Part shown: positions 51,979 through 64,000 of the stretch, piece after piece
Position numbering within the stretch: the first letter of the stretch is position 1
Layout: each line of letters starts with the position of its first letter
NCBI GenBank assembly: GCA_028534125.1
Contig: CM052817.1
Location: 21,020,001-21,084,000 of the forward strand
Reading direction: 5' to 3'
Length of the DNA: 64,000 nt
From: Lama glama
Lineage: Eukaryota
Program-made: the position numbers and the translations under genes
Notes under the pieces: model-generated
What the model saw: the letters and a program-made list of their open reading frames with translations, nothing else
The model's database searches: none
What the model was told of the DNA's origin: nothing

Positions 51979-52750
51979 CAGAGGTTGATAAACTTTTTTT
52001 CTGTAAAGGGACAGCTAGTACATTTTTTAGGCTTCATGAGCCATATGGTCTATGTGGCAACTACTAAATTCTTGAAAGCTGTCTCCCTAAATATTACCAA
52101 CACAATCTGTTGATAAGGCAAAGCTGAGTTTATTGCTTACCACTGTGAGAGAGAACACCACCTCCGCAAAGCTCTGGCAGTGATTCAGATGGAGGGAGGT
52201 GAGGTCTGAATCTGTTGATAATTGGAAACTTTGTTTGTGGTAGCTCTTTCCCCGAGAGACCCTTTTTACATTAGAACTGGGGAGAGATGACTTCCAGGAA
52301 TGGGGAAAACAGCAGGGTGAGGAGTTGAGCTGAGGAGCCCAAAGAATCTCCAGGGGCAAACTTTGTTGATATTTTTGCTCAAAAAGTTGATAGATTTTTT
52401 AGATTCTGTAATGAACAACCAAATCATTTACTTGGGCATAGGGTTCCAGAAAAAGGGAAAGTATGCAAATGAAGAGAGTGAACTGGCAAACTTGGGTCAA
52501 TGTAGACAATAAGGTGCCATTTACATTCTCAGTGTCCTGGCTGCATGTAGGGGAGACAGTTTTGGTTCTCAGGTATCTAGTGTTGCAGCACAAAAGCACA
52601 GAGATACTGAAATTGGAGTTTCATATCTTTTTCAAGTCACAAAATATCATTATTCCTTTGATTATTTGCAAACTTTTAAAAACATAGAAACCATTCTTGC
52701 AAGTTGTACAATAGGGAACTGGCCAGAGGGCCATTGTTGGCCAAAATCTG
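51979..52750 (+). mobile_element. MER58B-like hAT MITE, split by an LTR
   Basis: 'cagaggttgataaacttttttctgtaaaggg..ag.tagta..tttt.taggctt' left part; 'gaaattggagtttcatat...aaaccattctt...ggccagagggcca' right part. Confidence 0.8.
52073..52571 (-). mobile_element. ERV1 solo LTR (MER89/90/31-group-like) nested in MER58
   Basis: TG/CA termini ('tgaaag'...'ggttctca'); antisense AATAAA in 'gagtttattgcttac'. Confidence 0.65.
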
Positions 52751-53049
52751 ATTTAGAGGGCCAAAGGAAGTGTGATATGTACAGAGTAGAATATTAATAG
52801 GTTTTTTTTAAGTTTAATTTTAAACTTAAATTCTTCTGATTTGGGGGAAGAAGGAGTTGCTCATTTTTGATTAGTGGAGAGGAGGGGTTGCGTTTTTCCA
52901 GAGATTACTTTTGCTTTGGCTAGTTCACATCACTGTAAACTTAAGACCACTTAAAGATTATTGCTCAGATTGGTGCTCCTCACACCACTCACAGAGTGTG
53001 AATTTGCATCTATGAGAATAAGCTTCTGATTATTCATTCCTAAGGGGAC

Positions 53050-53165
53050 TATTTATTTACAAACTAGAAGAAATCCTGAGACTAGGTGCGTCGCTAACAT
53101 TTGTGTGGCAGAAAGCAGAGCACAAATGTAGATCTCTGGCCTGCAGTCCAGTCTTCTCTTCCAAC
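53050..53165 (-). mobile_element. MIR fragment
   Basis: 'gtggcagaaagcagag...agatctctggcctgcagtccagtcttctcttcc'. Confidence 0.4.
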
Positions 53166-53287
53166 CCCCAGTTGTACAAACAAGAATGCTGCACACCACC
53201 AGATGGACAACAAAACTGTGTAGCTTGTATGTCTTCAGTCCATAAAATCCCACCCCACCTCCAGGGCTGGTGAACAGCCAGCCTCCC

Positions 53288-53749
53288 TGTAACAGGGAAG
53301 AACAAATCTGATTCTACATTAGATCTGTTTCTTTTACTTTAAACTTTATATTCTATTGCTTGTTAATTATAAAGGGATGTAGCCTATAAGCTTAAGTTAT
53401 ACATAATGGACCATCTCTGGGAACCTTGCCTCACAGATAACAAGCTTTAAGCTAAGACCTTTGTTTAGCTCATAGGAAGCATTCTGACCAGGACCACCTG
53501 TGAATGGCGGCAGGAAGGAAGAAATGGAACACCTCTCTTCCGGAGGCTGGTGGGAACCAGGACTTCAACTTTTATTATAAAAGAAGCCTGAATTCAAACT
53601 CGGGGAAGATGGTTCTCCGGGACATTAGTCCACCATCTTCTTGGAATGCTAGCTTTCCAAATAAAGTTATTATTCCTTGCCCCAACACCTCATCTCCCAA
53701 TTTATTGGCCTGTCATGTGGTAAACAGAATGGGTTTGGACCCCGTAACT
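53288..53749 (+). mobile_element. MER41-like (artiodactyl) ERV1 solo LTR
   Basis: Starts 'tgtaacagggaagaacaaatctga'; U5 'aataaagtt.ttattccttgccccaacacctc.tctc...tggcctgtc.tgtgg...ggtttggac..gtaac'; TSD ctccc/ttccc. Confidence 0.8.
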
Positions 53750-56700
53750 TTCCCTTGGCCAGCCCTCAAGCCTAGATGGTGTGATCTGCCTTGAGAAGAT
53801 AGGACCAGAGAAAAGGCTCATGAAAGGCCCTGAATGCATTTAACAGAATATTTGTTGTAATGTATTCAGAATATGTCAGTATGTTTTAAAGAGACTTATA
53901 AAATGTATTTTTCCAAAATAGCAAGTCCATCAAATAGCTGAAAATGAAATTCCCAATTTCCTGATCAAACTACTTTTGATATTTATGTTATAAAGTATAT
54001 AAAACTTTTCTTTTGTTGTATTCCCGTGTGATCTTCAGCTCCAGAGATATTTTTTGGAGTCAAGGTAATAACAGCTGTAACTCAACATTTTCATCTTTGG
54101 CAGATTATTTTTAATATTGATTATATTTCTAAATAATTCAATACAATAACTTTTTTTTCACAAATCTTCTATATCTGGTTTTAGTTTAATAATATTTATT
54201 TTCAGTGTATTTATCCTAGTCATGTCTTCCTACTAACATAAATTAGATTATAATATAATTTTAAAAGAGTAAAATTGTCTTTATTATTATTTCTAGTTTA
54301 CAAGGATTAATGTTTTGTTTTATTTTTCTCATAAAGATTGAAATTCTAAGTCTGATTGATGAAGCAAAGGTAATTATACCAAGTATATATTGCTTAGAAA
54401 AATATCCTTACAATAACTCCCAGTTAACATATTTTTATGTCTCTATTTCACAGCAAGGAACTCTTTTCATTTTAGGGTTTGTAGTGGCTATGCGAAAGCC
54501 TGTGAATTTCACCGGTATAAAGAATTCATTCCCGTGTGTATTGAAAAATAAAGATGTACTTTATAAAACAGCTGGAAATATACAACTATATGTAGATATA
54601 GCAACTGTTTGCAGGCACCCTCTATTCTTAAAGGGTACACATATTTTAAAAAATGAACAGAAGGCAAAGAAACTTGAAGTCCAAGTGCAAATGTATAGAA
54701 TTTTATTTTGGAAATCAGTTTGGAATTATGAATATGCAATTTAAAATAAAGTGAGACATAGAGTTTCAGGAGGGAATATTTATAATTATAAAATTATTGA
54801 ATCATTGGTTACATTGACATCTGAATAGAAGATTTAGTAGCAAGAGAAAGGGAGACTTTTTAGTTTTAGAAGCACTTGAACTTGCTCATTTATTCTACAT
54901 CCTTACATTAATTGAAAAATTAATAAGTATTTACAAATTAAGATACGGTAAGCATATTATAAGCAGGATACATTATTGTGGAACTGCCTTTGTATGGCTT
55001 GCATTTAAGGGAATTTCCAGAAATAACTGTGTTTCACTATTTAATCATATTTGAATCTGTTTTATGTGGATCTAATAATGCAGTAATTGAATAATATTTG
55101 TTCAGTCAATCAGTATATAGTTATAAACTCTTCCTGTTTCTAGAACTATCAATGATGCAGTTTTGGTCCAGTCCTGCCTTTCTGGCTTTCCGCCTTGCTA
55201 TTCAGGCTCCAAGCATATAAAAATCTGCACATTCTCTTTGGTTTCTTGCCAGCGTACCATTGCTCTCATCATCTCATTTGCCTGTATTACATCTCTCCAT
55301 GATCCTGATTCGTTATTTATATGTCACTTTTCTCTGCTATCTAGTTATTTTGGGGCCTATTTTAATCGTGCCACTTAGTATATTAAAATAAGCTACTATT
55401 TCAGGGAGAGATGACATTTTATTTTCAATGATTTGGGGTTGTGGATGGAGGGACAATGGCCAGATCAATTTTGGTGACACCCAGGATTGTGACTGTGATC
55501 ACAGAAATATCAGATTCTCTTCCCACTCCCCCAGGCTTTCAAATGTGGCAACTAATCATCAGCTCTCAGAGAACAAGAGCAAAGCAGAAGAAAGGGAACA
55601 GAGAAGAATAGCAAAGATTCAGAGGTGAGTTTCTAGAATAACTTTAAAGGGTTGTGTCTTACTGGAGCTATTTTATCTATTCAGGAAGTCATTTAGCAAC
55701 CAATTTTTTAACCCATAGTTGCCAGTGTAATGCAATTTGAATATATAATGATGAAATACAATATTTACTAGAATAAATTATATATAATATATTTATATCT
55801 ACATAATAAAAGAATCTATCAAGATGTTTCCAAGTTATGATTGTTAACTCACTATTCACCAGTGTGTGAATTTGAAGATAGGCATTTCAAACCATTTACG
55901 AAATAACACCGTCTGGGAGAAGGATGCAGAGGGAAGTATCAGACTTAGAACTAACAACTTCCTGAAATTTCTGTCTGAGATGATAGTCCAGCTGTCACCT
56001 GCTTCTGGTGTCTTTTCCAGTTCATTTTGGTCACCAAGAAGAGAAGAATTGAGCAGTGAGAAAGGACCTGTGGCAAAGAGTGGAATAAACACTTGAATAT
56101 GAAGCAGCCTTAAAAAATACAGTGTGCATTCCCTTTCCCCACTTGTTTTGTTTGCTTTAGTTTGATTTAGTTCTCTAGTTTAATTGTCCAAGGAAATTAA
56201 TTAATCACTGTTTGGAGATATATATATTTTTAAATTTCTGTTTAGTGGTAATGATTGGTGAGGATTCAGATTATGGTTAGAAAATATGTAATAAAATTTT
56301 CCTATAAATACTTTATATTCAGATTTATAAAGAGTGAACAAATTGTATTAATTCTACTAAATTTGTATATGTTGATAGATACATTGAATTATGTAAACAT
56401 GTGTGTATATATGTATGTACATATACACGTTAAAATATTTTAATGTTGGAATTATTAATATGATTGTTAAAATCAAACACCAAATGTTTATCAATACATG
56501 TAAAATTAAATCACTGCATCTAATACTACTGGAGAGGAAGTAATGACATAGAAAAATGTTTTCTGGAATAATTTTAGCAATACAGATTTTTATGATAATT
56601 ATTATGAGTTTACATAGGTTTTGTCATAAATATAGTAACAAAAATCCAGGCATTATTTAGTACTAGATTAGTAAATTCAGAGGTTTGTCCAATTTAATTT

Positions 56701-58622
56701 TTTAGAACAGAAAATGGAAACTGATCATTTGGAATACAGTGATACTTTAAATGAATCTTCGAATCTAATGGATGTCTTTATATAATATAAAATGACTGCA
56801 TGCATAATCTATATTCAGGTACATAAGCGTTTAGCAATAGAATCACTTTTTAACAGAATATTTTCACAATATAAGTAAATAAACTATGCATTCATTATCT
56901 GAACACATTTTAAAGTATTTTACTTGTACCAATTTTATTTTAGACAGATTAGTTTTCAAGAACTCCTGTAGAACAACGAACTAGAGTAGCGTGATGGAAT
57001 TTATATGGCAAAGATTGTTGTTCTCAACAAGGTATCTTGTATATGGCCAATGGTACTGATAAATAAGCCTTCACACGTTAAAAGAGAAACTTATGACATT
57101 GCTAATACTAGAAGGCAGAAATTTAATAATAACTAAGAATGTTGAAATAATATTCTTTTTATGATCTCAAGTGTACATGTACAAAAACACAAGTAAATAT
57201 TGTGAGTCAGTTTCCTTGGAAAATATTTTTTAGCTTAATTATTTTTTTTCATGGATTTTGAAAAATAAGTTCAAATTTTGCAGTAGATTGTTTCCTTGGT
57301 ATATTAACTTGCTTATTTATATTTCATATTTCTTACCAAATATTTTTTACAGAATTTTTTTTGTAAATGATCCATTATAAATGATCATGATCCATTATAA
57401 ACAAATTACCTTATTCCTTTGAGTAAGTTTATGCTCTTTGAATCTATCTTCAGGAGAACAATAAAAATTGCCTTTTACTTTCTAATGCTCTAGAGGTATC
57501 TTAAAAGTTACAAAGAGCTAATTTTAGGGTATGTAGCCCAGTTAGGCTATAGGAACATAATTTTACATTCCTCATATATTTTCAGAAAGATATTCCTTCA
57601 CAGAATTTTTCACCTATGGGGCCACAGAATTATCCAGAGAAATAGAAAATGAAGTATTAACTTTAATAGAACCATTGATCCAAGAGCATATATAAATACA
57701 TATATATACACAAAATTTTCTCACTTATATAATAAATAAAATCTTATTAAGTCAGAGTATCATACAGTTTCTGTTACCCCTGGAAAAATATAGATGGAAT
57801 GTTTTGATAAACTACTTCCTTGTCTATTAAAATGCTCTCCATATAAGTTCAACTTACAACTTTCATAAGGAATTTTTCAACTTCTCCAGCCCCTAGGAAT
57901 TTACCGACTCCTATACCCCTGATATATTTTACAGCATTATGACCACAATCAATTTTCCTTATTTTTTAACCTATGTCTTGATCCCACTATTTCAAAGGTT
58001 TTTAAAGCAGCAATACTGAAATATCCAAAAATACAAATATAATGTAGCCTTCCTATTACAAGAGACATGATCTACACTCTCATCTAGGATAGACTACATA
58101 ATTAAGACTCTTAGTAAAATAAAGGAAGAAGAATTTGTAGCTACAACTAGTTTAAATGCATCTTTGAACCAGATGCATTCTCTACATGTTTAACTAGAAA
58201 GGGGGAGCCCAGAGATGCAAGTAATACAAAAGTCATATTTAAATAAATGTGTTTCCTATATTTTCTTTATAATAGTGGTTATCAATAGAAATATCATGAT
58301 GGAAAATGGAATTGGAAGGATATTACAGTACAAAACACTCTTTTTATTTTTTAATTTGAGATTTAGGTACATCAAATATCCACTCTCTATGGCGGAAATA
58401 CATACATCATTTTTAACTAAAAGCCATAAGTAAAAAGCTGCAGTTCATTTTGAAAAATCCAATAAATAACACAACTGAATTGGAATAAATTTAAGAGTCT
58501 GAAAGACAGAAGTGAATATACAGCTCAGTTTACTTGTTAAGGTTATAACTTGTTTACCTGTGTGGCCCATTGGTCACTGAAAACATCACTGGAATAAGCT
58601 GAACAAAGAAAAATTTACCAAA

Positions 58623-59029
58623 TGTTACGTGCTAAATTGGGCTTCTTCCCATTCCTTCTCACCCTACAAAAAATATTTGTAGGCTGAGACTTCACCTTCA
58701 GTGTGACTGTATTTGTACATAGTGCCTTTAAAGAGGTAATTATGGTTAAATGAGGTCATAAAGTTGGGGCTCTAACTCAAAAGGACTAGTCTCTTTATAA
58801 GAAGAGGAAGAGATGCCAGGAGTGAGTCCACACAGAGGAAAAGCGTTGTGCAGACGTGGGGAGAAGGCTGCCATCTGCAAAACAAGGAGAGGAGCCTCAC
58901 TGGAGACGGACCCTGCCCGCTGCTGCATGTTGGACTTCCAGGCTCCAGAACCGTGAACGGATATTTTTCTGTTATTTAAGCCACCCAGCCTGCAGTGTGC
59001 CATTTTGGCAGCCTGAGCAGACTGATATA
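58623..59029 (+). mobile_element. MaLR LTR (MLT1B-like)
   Basis: 'gtgactgtatttg...cctttaaagaggtaatta.ggttaaatgaggtcataa...gaaggctgccatctgcaa...ggacttccag.ctccagaac'. Confidence 0.9.
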
Positions 59030-60599
59030 CCAGGTAGTGTTGGTTCCATAATTTGTATGTTTTGCTCCTTGAAGAAATAGGTTGCAGCTTCCCGTGGCCC
59101 CTTGACTCTTGAAATTGTTCACCTCCTCTGACTTCATAACTAGTTTCCAGTATATGCAGCTCTACATTAAAAGTACTCACCCTTTGTCATAACAAAATAT
59201 GTCATAACCGAGTTTTATATCTATCAGTTAAAAGTAACCATTTTTGTCCAAGTTCTTGAAAACAATGACAGTTTTCTAAAAGTAATTGCTTGTTCTTTAA
59301 TATCACTTTAGTCAATAGATGTGTGTAAACTAAATAGAAAACATTTTTTAAAGATCTGAGTGAACTTTAAAAGGCCACAGTGTGTAATGTCTTCATTTTT
59401 TAATTATTTAAACACTAGGCAGTTTGTTTAAACTACCTGGATAAGAATGCTTGCCTTTATAAATGGAGGAAATCGGTCTGACTTCACTTAAATGCAAATG
59501 TTTTCTCTATTGTGGATACAGGTAAGAATTTTATTTTATTTTATTTTTTGTCTTTTACAGCTATTAGACTTTGCTTTTTACAAGGACAGAGAAGCAATTA
59601 ATTAAGAACATTTTACCAATGATTTTCCATATGCTTCTTACTTTCATTGACAATAGCTAATTTAATAAGGTATATTTCAGTATTATACTGGGGACTAGAG
59701 ACATTGAATCCCAACTCATATAACTGCTGGCAGGATTTTTTCCTAATATTACTTTCTCAACATAAGGTCATAAAGTTGTGTGACTTTTGTGCTCAGCTGC
59801 CTTAGTCTCCAGAGCATTGAAATGAAAATGAGTCTTTCTCTTTTCAGTTCACTGGGTTCTGAATCAAAGTCAATGAATTAATCCTGCTGTTTCTGGAATT
59901 TATAGCCAAAGAAGTTCCTAGAAAACATTTTCTGTTGCTGAAGACATACTGACAAGTGTAAAATTTTTTCCAGGACACCCAATAAAAACCTCTCCCTAGA
60001 GTGCAGTTTTCCGTAGAGACCGCATGTCAACTATGTCCTCTTAAAAATTCAGCGCATCATTCACTCTTCAGTGTACCTGGACATCTTATTAGCACTGATC
60101 CTTTAAGAAAAGTAATAGAAGTAACCTGCACATAGATTACCAATATTCTTCCCATTTAAAGGATCTTAAACTAGTATAGAGGAAATTAGTATGAGATTTG
60201 TTATAGTATTTGAAATGATTGCATACTTTAAATTTATACAGTTAGATTACAAGTTGAACCGAGCAGGCATAAATAGAACTACAACACGCAAAAAATAGAT
60301 ATTTTGATTTAAACTGAAAAAAACATATGTACATTTTTAAATCACAAAAAGCCTAAAAAATGTAAGATCAAATGTAATTAACTATTTGCAACAAGAATAC
60401 TTACTGAAAATTAGTTTGCAAATTAACCTTCTGGTCTAGTATTCCTACAGAGATTCAGTCATCTCTAATTCCCCATGTGTTATAAAGAGAATATATGGAG
60501 AAGAAAGTGGATGTGAACTTACTGAATTTATGAATTTGGATACTGCTCTGAAGAAGTGCTAAGCTCTACATTTCAACATCTTGATGGATGAGGGTTATG

Positions 60600-60847
60600 T
60601 GAAAACTCCCCAGTGCAATAGGATTCCACCTCTCCCTTCACTTTGTCCCATTGTTGCTTGTCTGTCAAGAATGGCTGACTGGTTCCTATTTATTCCTCAG
60701 GACCATACTAAGCAATCTCCTCTTCTAAATAGTCTTCTCTGGCTCTCTGACTTCCCCTCCCTGATTTTCGTATCTTCACTGCAATTCTACTTAAGCACTC
60801 AGTATTTGCCTCTTCACAGGCAAAATTACAACAAACTTATAAATATG

Positions 60848-60878
<31 letters not shown>

Positions 60879-61925
60879 ATTTAATTGATACTACAACTTA
60901 TTATATCATTCTTATCTGGCATCTCTACAACCAAGTCAGTATGCGTATTTTTCTTCTAAGATTGGCAATGACCTACATTTTACAAATTTCAAATAATGCA
61001 CTTTGGTAATAAACTTTCTAGAACTCTTGGGAGCATATGACATAGTTAATGATCCTCAAAACATCTTGAAACTCTTTTATCTTGCAGTTTCTGGGACACT
61101 GAGTATTCCAGACATTCCCTCTGACAGGCTGAGTTTTTCTTTGTTGAATCCACTTAGGGGCAGATTTTGCTTCTCTTTTCTTCTTTCTATTATTCTCTTC
61201 CTTGGTGATCTATTTCCTTTGCTTTAAATCTGATTTAAATATTGACTCACAAATGTATAGCTCATGTGTGATTCCACTTCTCTGATAGGCTGTAGACACC
61301 TTGATCTAACAGCTCTCTTCTCAATTCACTCTTAATGCCTTCCGCTTGGTTTTCCATAGAGTAATAGCCTAATTGTTTATAAGGTATTCATCACATTCTA
61401 TAACTCCAGTCCTTTAAAACCTTCAGTAACTTTTTACTGCAACCTGAATGAAGCCCAGGTTTGAAGATGACTTTTCTGACCTTGTAGCTGCCCTTACTTT
61501 CCTCTCTGAATTCATTCTTTACCAGCCCCTCCCTCCCCTTCACCAGGTCCATCCACATCGTCTTTATTATAGTCCATAGAAAATAACCAGTTCTTTCCCA
61601 CGTCAGATTATTCTTATATGCTGTCCCCTCTGCCTTAAATTTTCTTTCTCTTACTCTTTTTACAATATAAAAGTCAAAGTTTAAGTTAAACTATCCTTCA
61701 CCACTTTAAAGCAGATTTTTTTTCTATTCACAAGCTATTCGCTACCTTTGTTTCATATACTACAACTTTTAATTATCCAGGTGTTAATTCCTGGTTTCCC
61801 CATTAGGCTGTAATCTAGGGTTTAAGAAAGCAAGCACTCTGTCTAGATCTTTGTTCCCAAATGCTTGTCTCAATGCCTGCTGGATAATGAGCACATAATC
61901 AATGTTAGTCCAATGAGTGAATGAT
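60600..61925 (+). mobile_element. L2 LINE: RT remnant and 3' end
   Basis: ORF 61003 'FLELLGAYDIVND..IL' resembles the non-LTR RT motif LDLSAAFDTVDH; ends 'gcacataatcaatgttagtccaatgagtgaatga'. Confidence 0.7.
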
Positions 61926-62374
61926 ACGAGGGCTGCAATCAAAAAGAGCTGAAATCGAAGAGTGTGAGACAGACTTCTTTTGCTGAGCAATAATATGGAG
62001 CTGGGCCACTTGATTTCTTGAATAAGAATTCAACCAATGTCACCACAATAAGAGATCTTAGAGAAGGATTAGATATTTAAAGGAAGGCTAAACACTACCA
62101 TAATTTAATTATTGCTTTATTCTCAAATATTTATAGACCATCTACGCTGATGTACTAGAGATATAACTGTAAATACAACAAAGATCCTGTCCTCAATTTA
62201 GTATAAAACCCACTAGAGTTAGCACTTATTTAAACAGTGCATTGTAAAGTTGATATTGAAAGTGTTTTTACAAGCCCACTGAGAAGCACATAAATTTTTC
62301 TGACCCATATAGATGAAAGGACCCAGGGAAGGAAATTCAAAAGAAACAGTAGGTGTATCTGATGATGTAACAGG

Positions 62375-62563
62375 GAAAATACTGCTGCAATATTTGTCAG
62401 AGAATGTTTTACCTATGTTCTCTTCTAGGAGTTTTATGGTGTCATGTCTCACATTTAAGTCTTTAAGCCATTTCGAGTTTATTTTTGTGTGTAGTGTGAG
62501 GGAGTGTTCTAACTTCATGGATTTACACGCAGCTGTCCAGCCTTCCCAACACCACTTGCTGAA
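62375..62563 (-). mobile_element. Young L1 ORF2 fragment (inverted relative to the adjacent L1 3' end)
   Basis: Minus frame [56 protein letters not shown] is an unambiguous L1 ORF2p segment. Confidence 0.93.
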
Positions 62564-62573
62564 TTGTTCTTTT

Positions 62574-62665
62574 GTCTTTCACTTTTTACTACACAAAATA
62601 GGTTTCCTAATAAACTAGTCTACTTAGCTTTGGTTCAGTGTCTGCTTCTGGGAGAACCCTAGGTA
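62574..62665 (+). mobile_element. LTR16-family 3' terminus (orientation opposite to the rest of the LTR at 63562+)
   Basis: 'tcctaataaacta...tcagtgtctgcttctgggagaaccctagg'. Confidence 0.6.
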
Positions 62666-62842
62666 AATTAGTGGATGTGTCTTATTAGAGTAAGAGTGCT
62701 TATTTCTAGGTGATGACTTTTTCTTAACTAGCACTCTATCTGGAGGTTCTCTATACCTGAAAAGGTATATATAGCATTGGTTTTTATTTGTTTTACTTTT
62801 AATGATTAAACAGCATTAAGCTGAGCAGCCTTGTCCACCTTT

Positions 62843-63561
62843 CAGTATGGAGATTTCTTAAAAAACTAAAAATAGACTTACCATATGATCCAGCAATACC
62901 ACTCCTGGGCCTATACTCAGAAAAGAGGAAAACTCTAATTTGAAAAGGTACACATGCAACCCAGTGTTCATAGCAGCACTGTTTACAATAGCCAAAACAT
63001 GGAAGCAACCTAAGTGTCTGTCGACAGATGAATGGTTAAAAAGATGTAAGATGTAGTATACACACACACACACACACGTATATGTATATATACACAATGG
63101 AATACTACTCAACCATAAAAAGAATGAAATATTGCCATTTGCAGCAACATGATTGGGCCTAGAGATTATCATACTAAGTAAATTAAGCCAGACAAAAATA
63201 GACAAATATATCACTTATATGTGGAATCTGAAAAATAATACAAATGAACTTATTTACAAAGCAGAAACAGACTCACAGACATAGAAAGCAAACTTATGGT
63301 CACCAAAGGGGAAAGTAGGGGAAGGGATAAATTAGGTGTATGAGGTTAACAGATACATATCACTACATATAAAAATATATAAACAACAAGGGTTTACTGT
63401 ATAGCACAGGGAACTATATCCAATTTCTTGTAATAACCTATAATGGAAAAGAATTTTTAAAAGAATACATATATATGTAAATATCACTGAATCACTTTGC
63501 TGTATATTAAAATTAACACAATATTGTAAATCAACTATAACTCAATTAAAAAAAAAAAAAA
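62843..63561 (+). mobile_element. Young L1 ORF2 C-terminus, 3' UTR and poly(A)
   Basis: VWRFLKKLKIDLPYDPAIPLLGLY at the start; 3' UTR like the copy at 4011; A14 tail at 63548-63561. Confidence 0.95.
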
Positions 63562-63905
63562 GAACCAACACACAATATGCGAGGAATTACTGTCGGCCAC
63601 CTGCAGGTGCCCATTGCTCAATCTCACAGAAAGTTTTGAGAAGTGTAATGCATCCCAAAACTCTTTGCCCAGGGGACAGCAGAGGGGAGCATTTATCTTG
63701 GCTTCTGTCCCCCACTGGTCAAGGGTTAACACCTCTGCACTTGTGGGTGCACGTGCTAGAGCACTAGAGGACGTTCCACGTGGCAGCGTCAGAACAATTG
63801 CCCAAGATAGGAGGTGAGAGGGACTGGGTGCTAGTAAGAGACAGCCAAGTGTCAGCTACACGCAGCTCCTCAAAGCTGTTCAAAATGGTTGCTAGAGTGG
63901 TGATC
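63562..63905 (-). mobile_element. LTR16-family LTR body
   Basis: 'gaggggagcatttatc..ggcttctgtccccactggtcaagggttaac.cctctgcactt' antisense LTR16 motif. Confidence 0.7.
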
Positions 63906-64000
63906 AATAAGAGCTCTCCTGTGCTCCCACATACATTCTTAAAAGATGATTTTAAGAGGCCTCTATATTTCCATACTAGTTGGATGTCTAGTAGAAATTA

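Noticed and set aside
53196..53209. CTCF-like motif ccaccagatggaca (also gcagcaggtggtcc at ~51200)
   Set aside because: Mismatch in the conserved GGC of the core; insufficient without binding data.
54310..54744. 144-aa ORF in AT-rich unique DNA (likewise 30767-31175, 50813-51195)
   Set aside because: No recognisable domain or exon structure; composition is consistent with chance ORFs.
57364..57401. 20-bp-period duplication of atgatccattataaa
   Set aside because: Ordinary slippage duplication, only two units; not a CRISPR-like or functional array.
58746..59180. 144-aa ORF (likewise 19480-19893)
   Set aside because: Lies largely within MLT1 LTR sequence; no protein similarity recognised.
59515..59565. 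Strong donor CAG|GTAAGA followed by strong acceptor ttttacag
   Set aside because: The implied intron is only 39 nt, below normal mammalian minimum size, and no partner exon or frame is supported.
1..64000. Host protein-coding gene, CpG-island promoter, or prokaryote-type system (CRISPR, operon)
   Set aside because: Sequence is CpG-depleted, repeat-rich mammalian DNA; no recognisable host exons, CpG island or repeat-spacer array was seen. Small exons could still be missed by eye.

Overview
AT-rich mammalian non-coding DNA (gene desert or large intron) with four assembly gaps (100, 500, 100 and 500 N). It is very likely camelid, because it carries four tRNA-Ala-like Vic-1-type SINEs and camelid/artiodactyl-type L1 3' ends, and I saw no Alu, BovB, Bov-tA or PRE-1. 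I can support no host protein-coding gene or functional RNA gene; most listed ORFs are chance ORFs or decayed transposon frames. Much of the window is old repeats: L1, L2, HAL1, MIR, MaLR/MLT1, LTR16/33, ERV1 solo LTRs, Tigger2, MER58 and MER5. Repeat subfamily names are from recalled consensus sequences, not a search. There are two decayed class III (ERV-L-like) proviral remnants: a + strand RT(YIDD)-RNaseH-IN relic at ~37.0-39.6 kb and a - strand MLT2 LTR-PBS-gag-pro-RT N-terminus at 43.1-45.7 kb. The most notable structures are: a local inversion/deletion scrambling an L1-in-LTR16 insertion (62.4-63.9 kb); two SINE insertions at the homologous site of two HAL1 copies; a 5'UTR-to-ORF2-end fused L1; a MER41-like LTR with a perfect GAS motif; several repeat-free, motif-dense candidate enhancers; and a candidate 90-nt exon. 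I found no convincing novel biological system.
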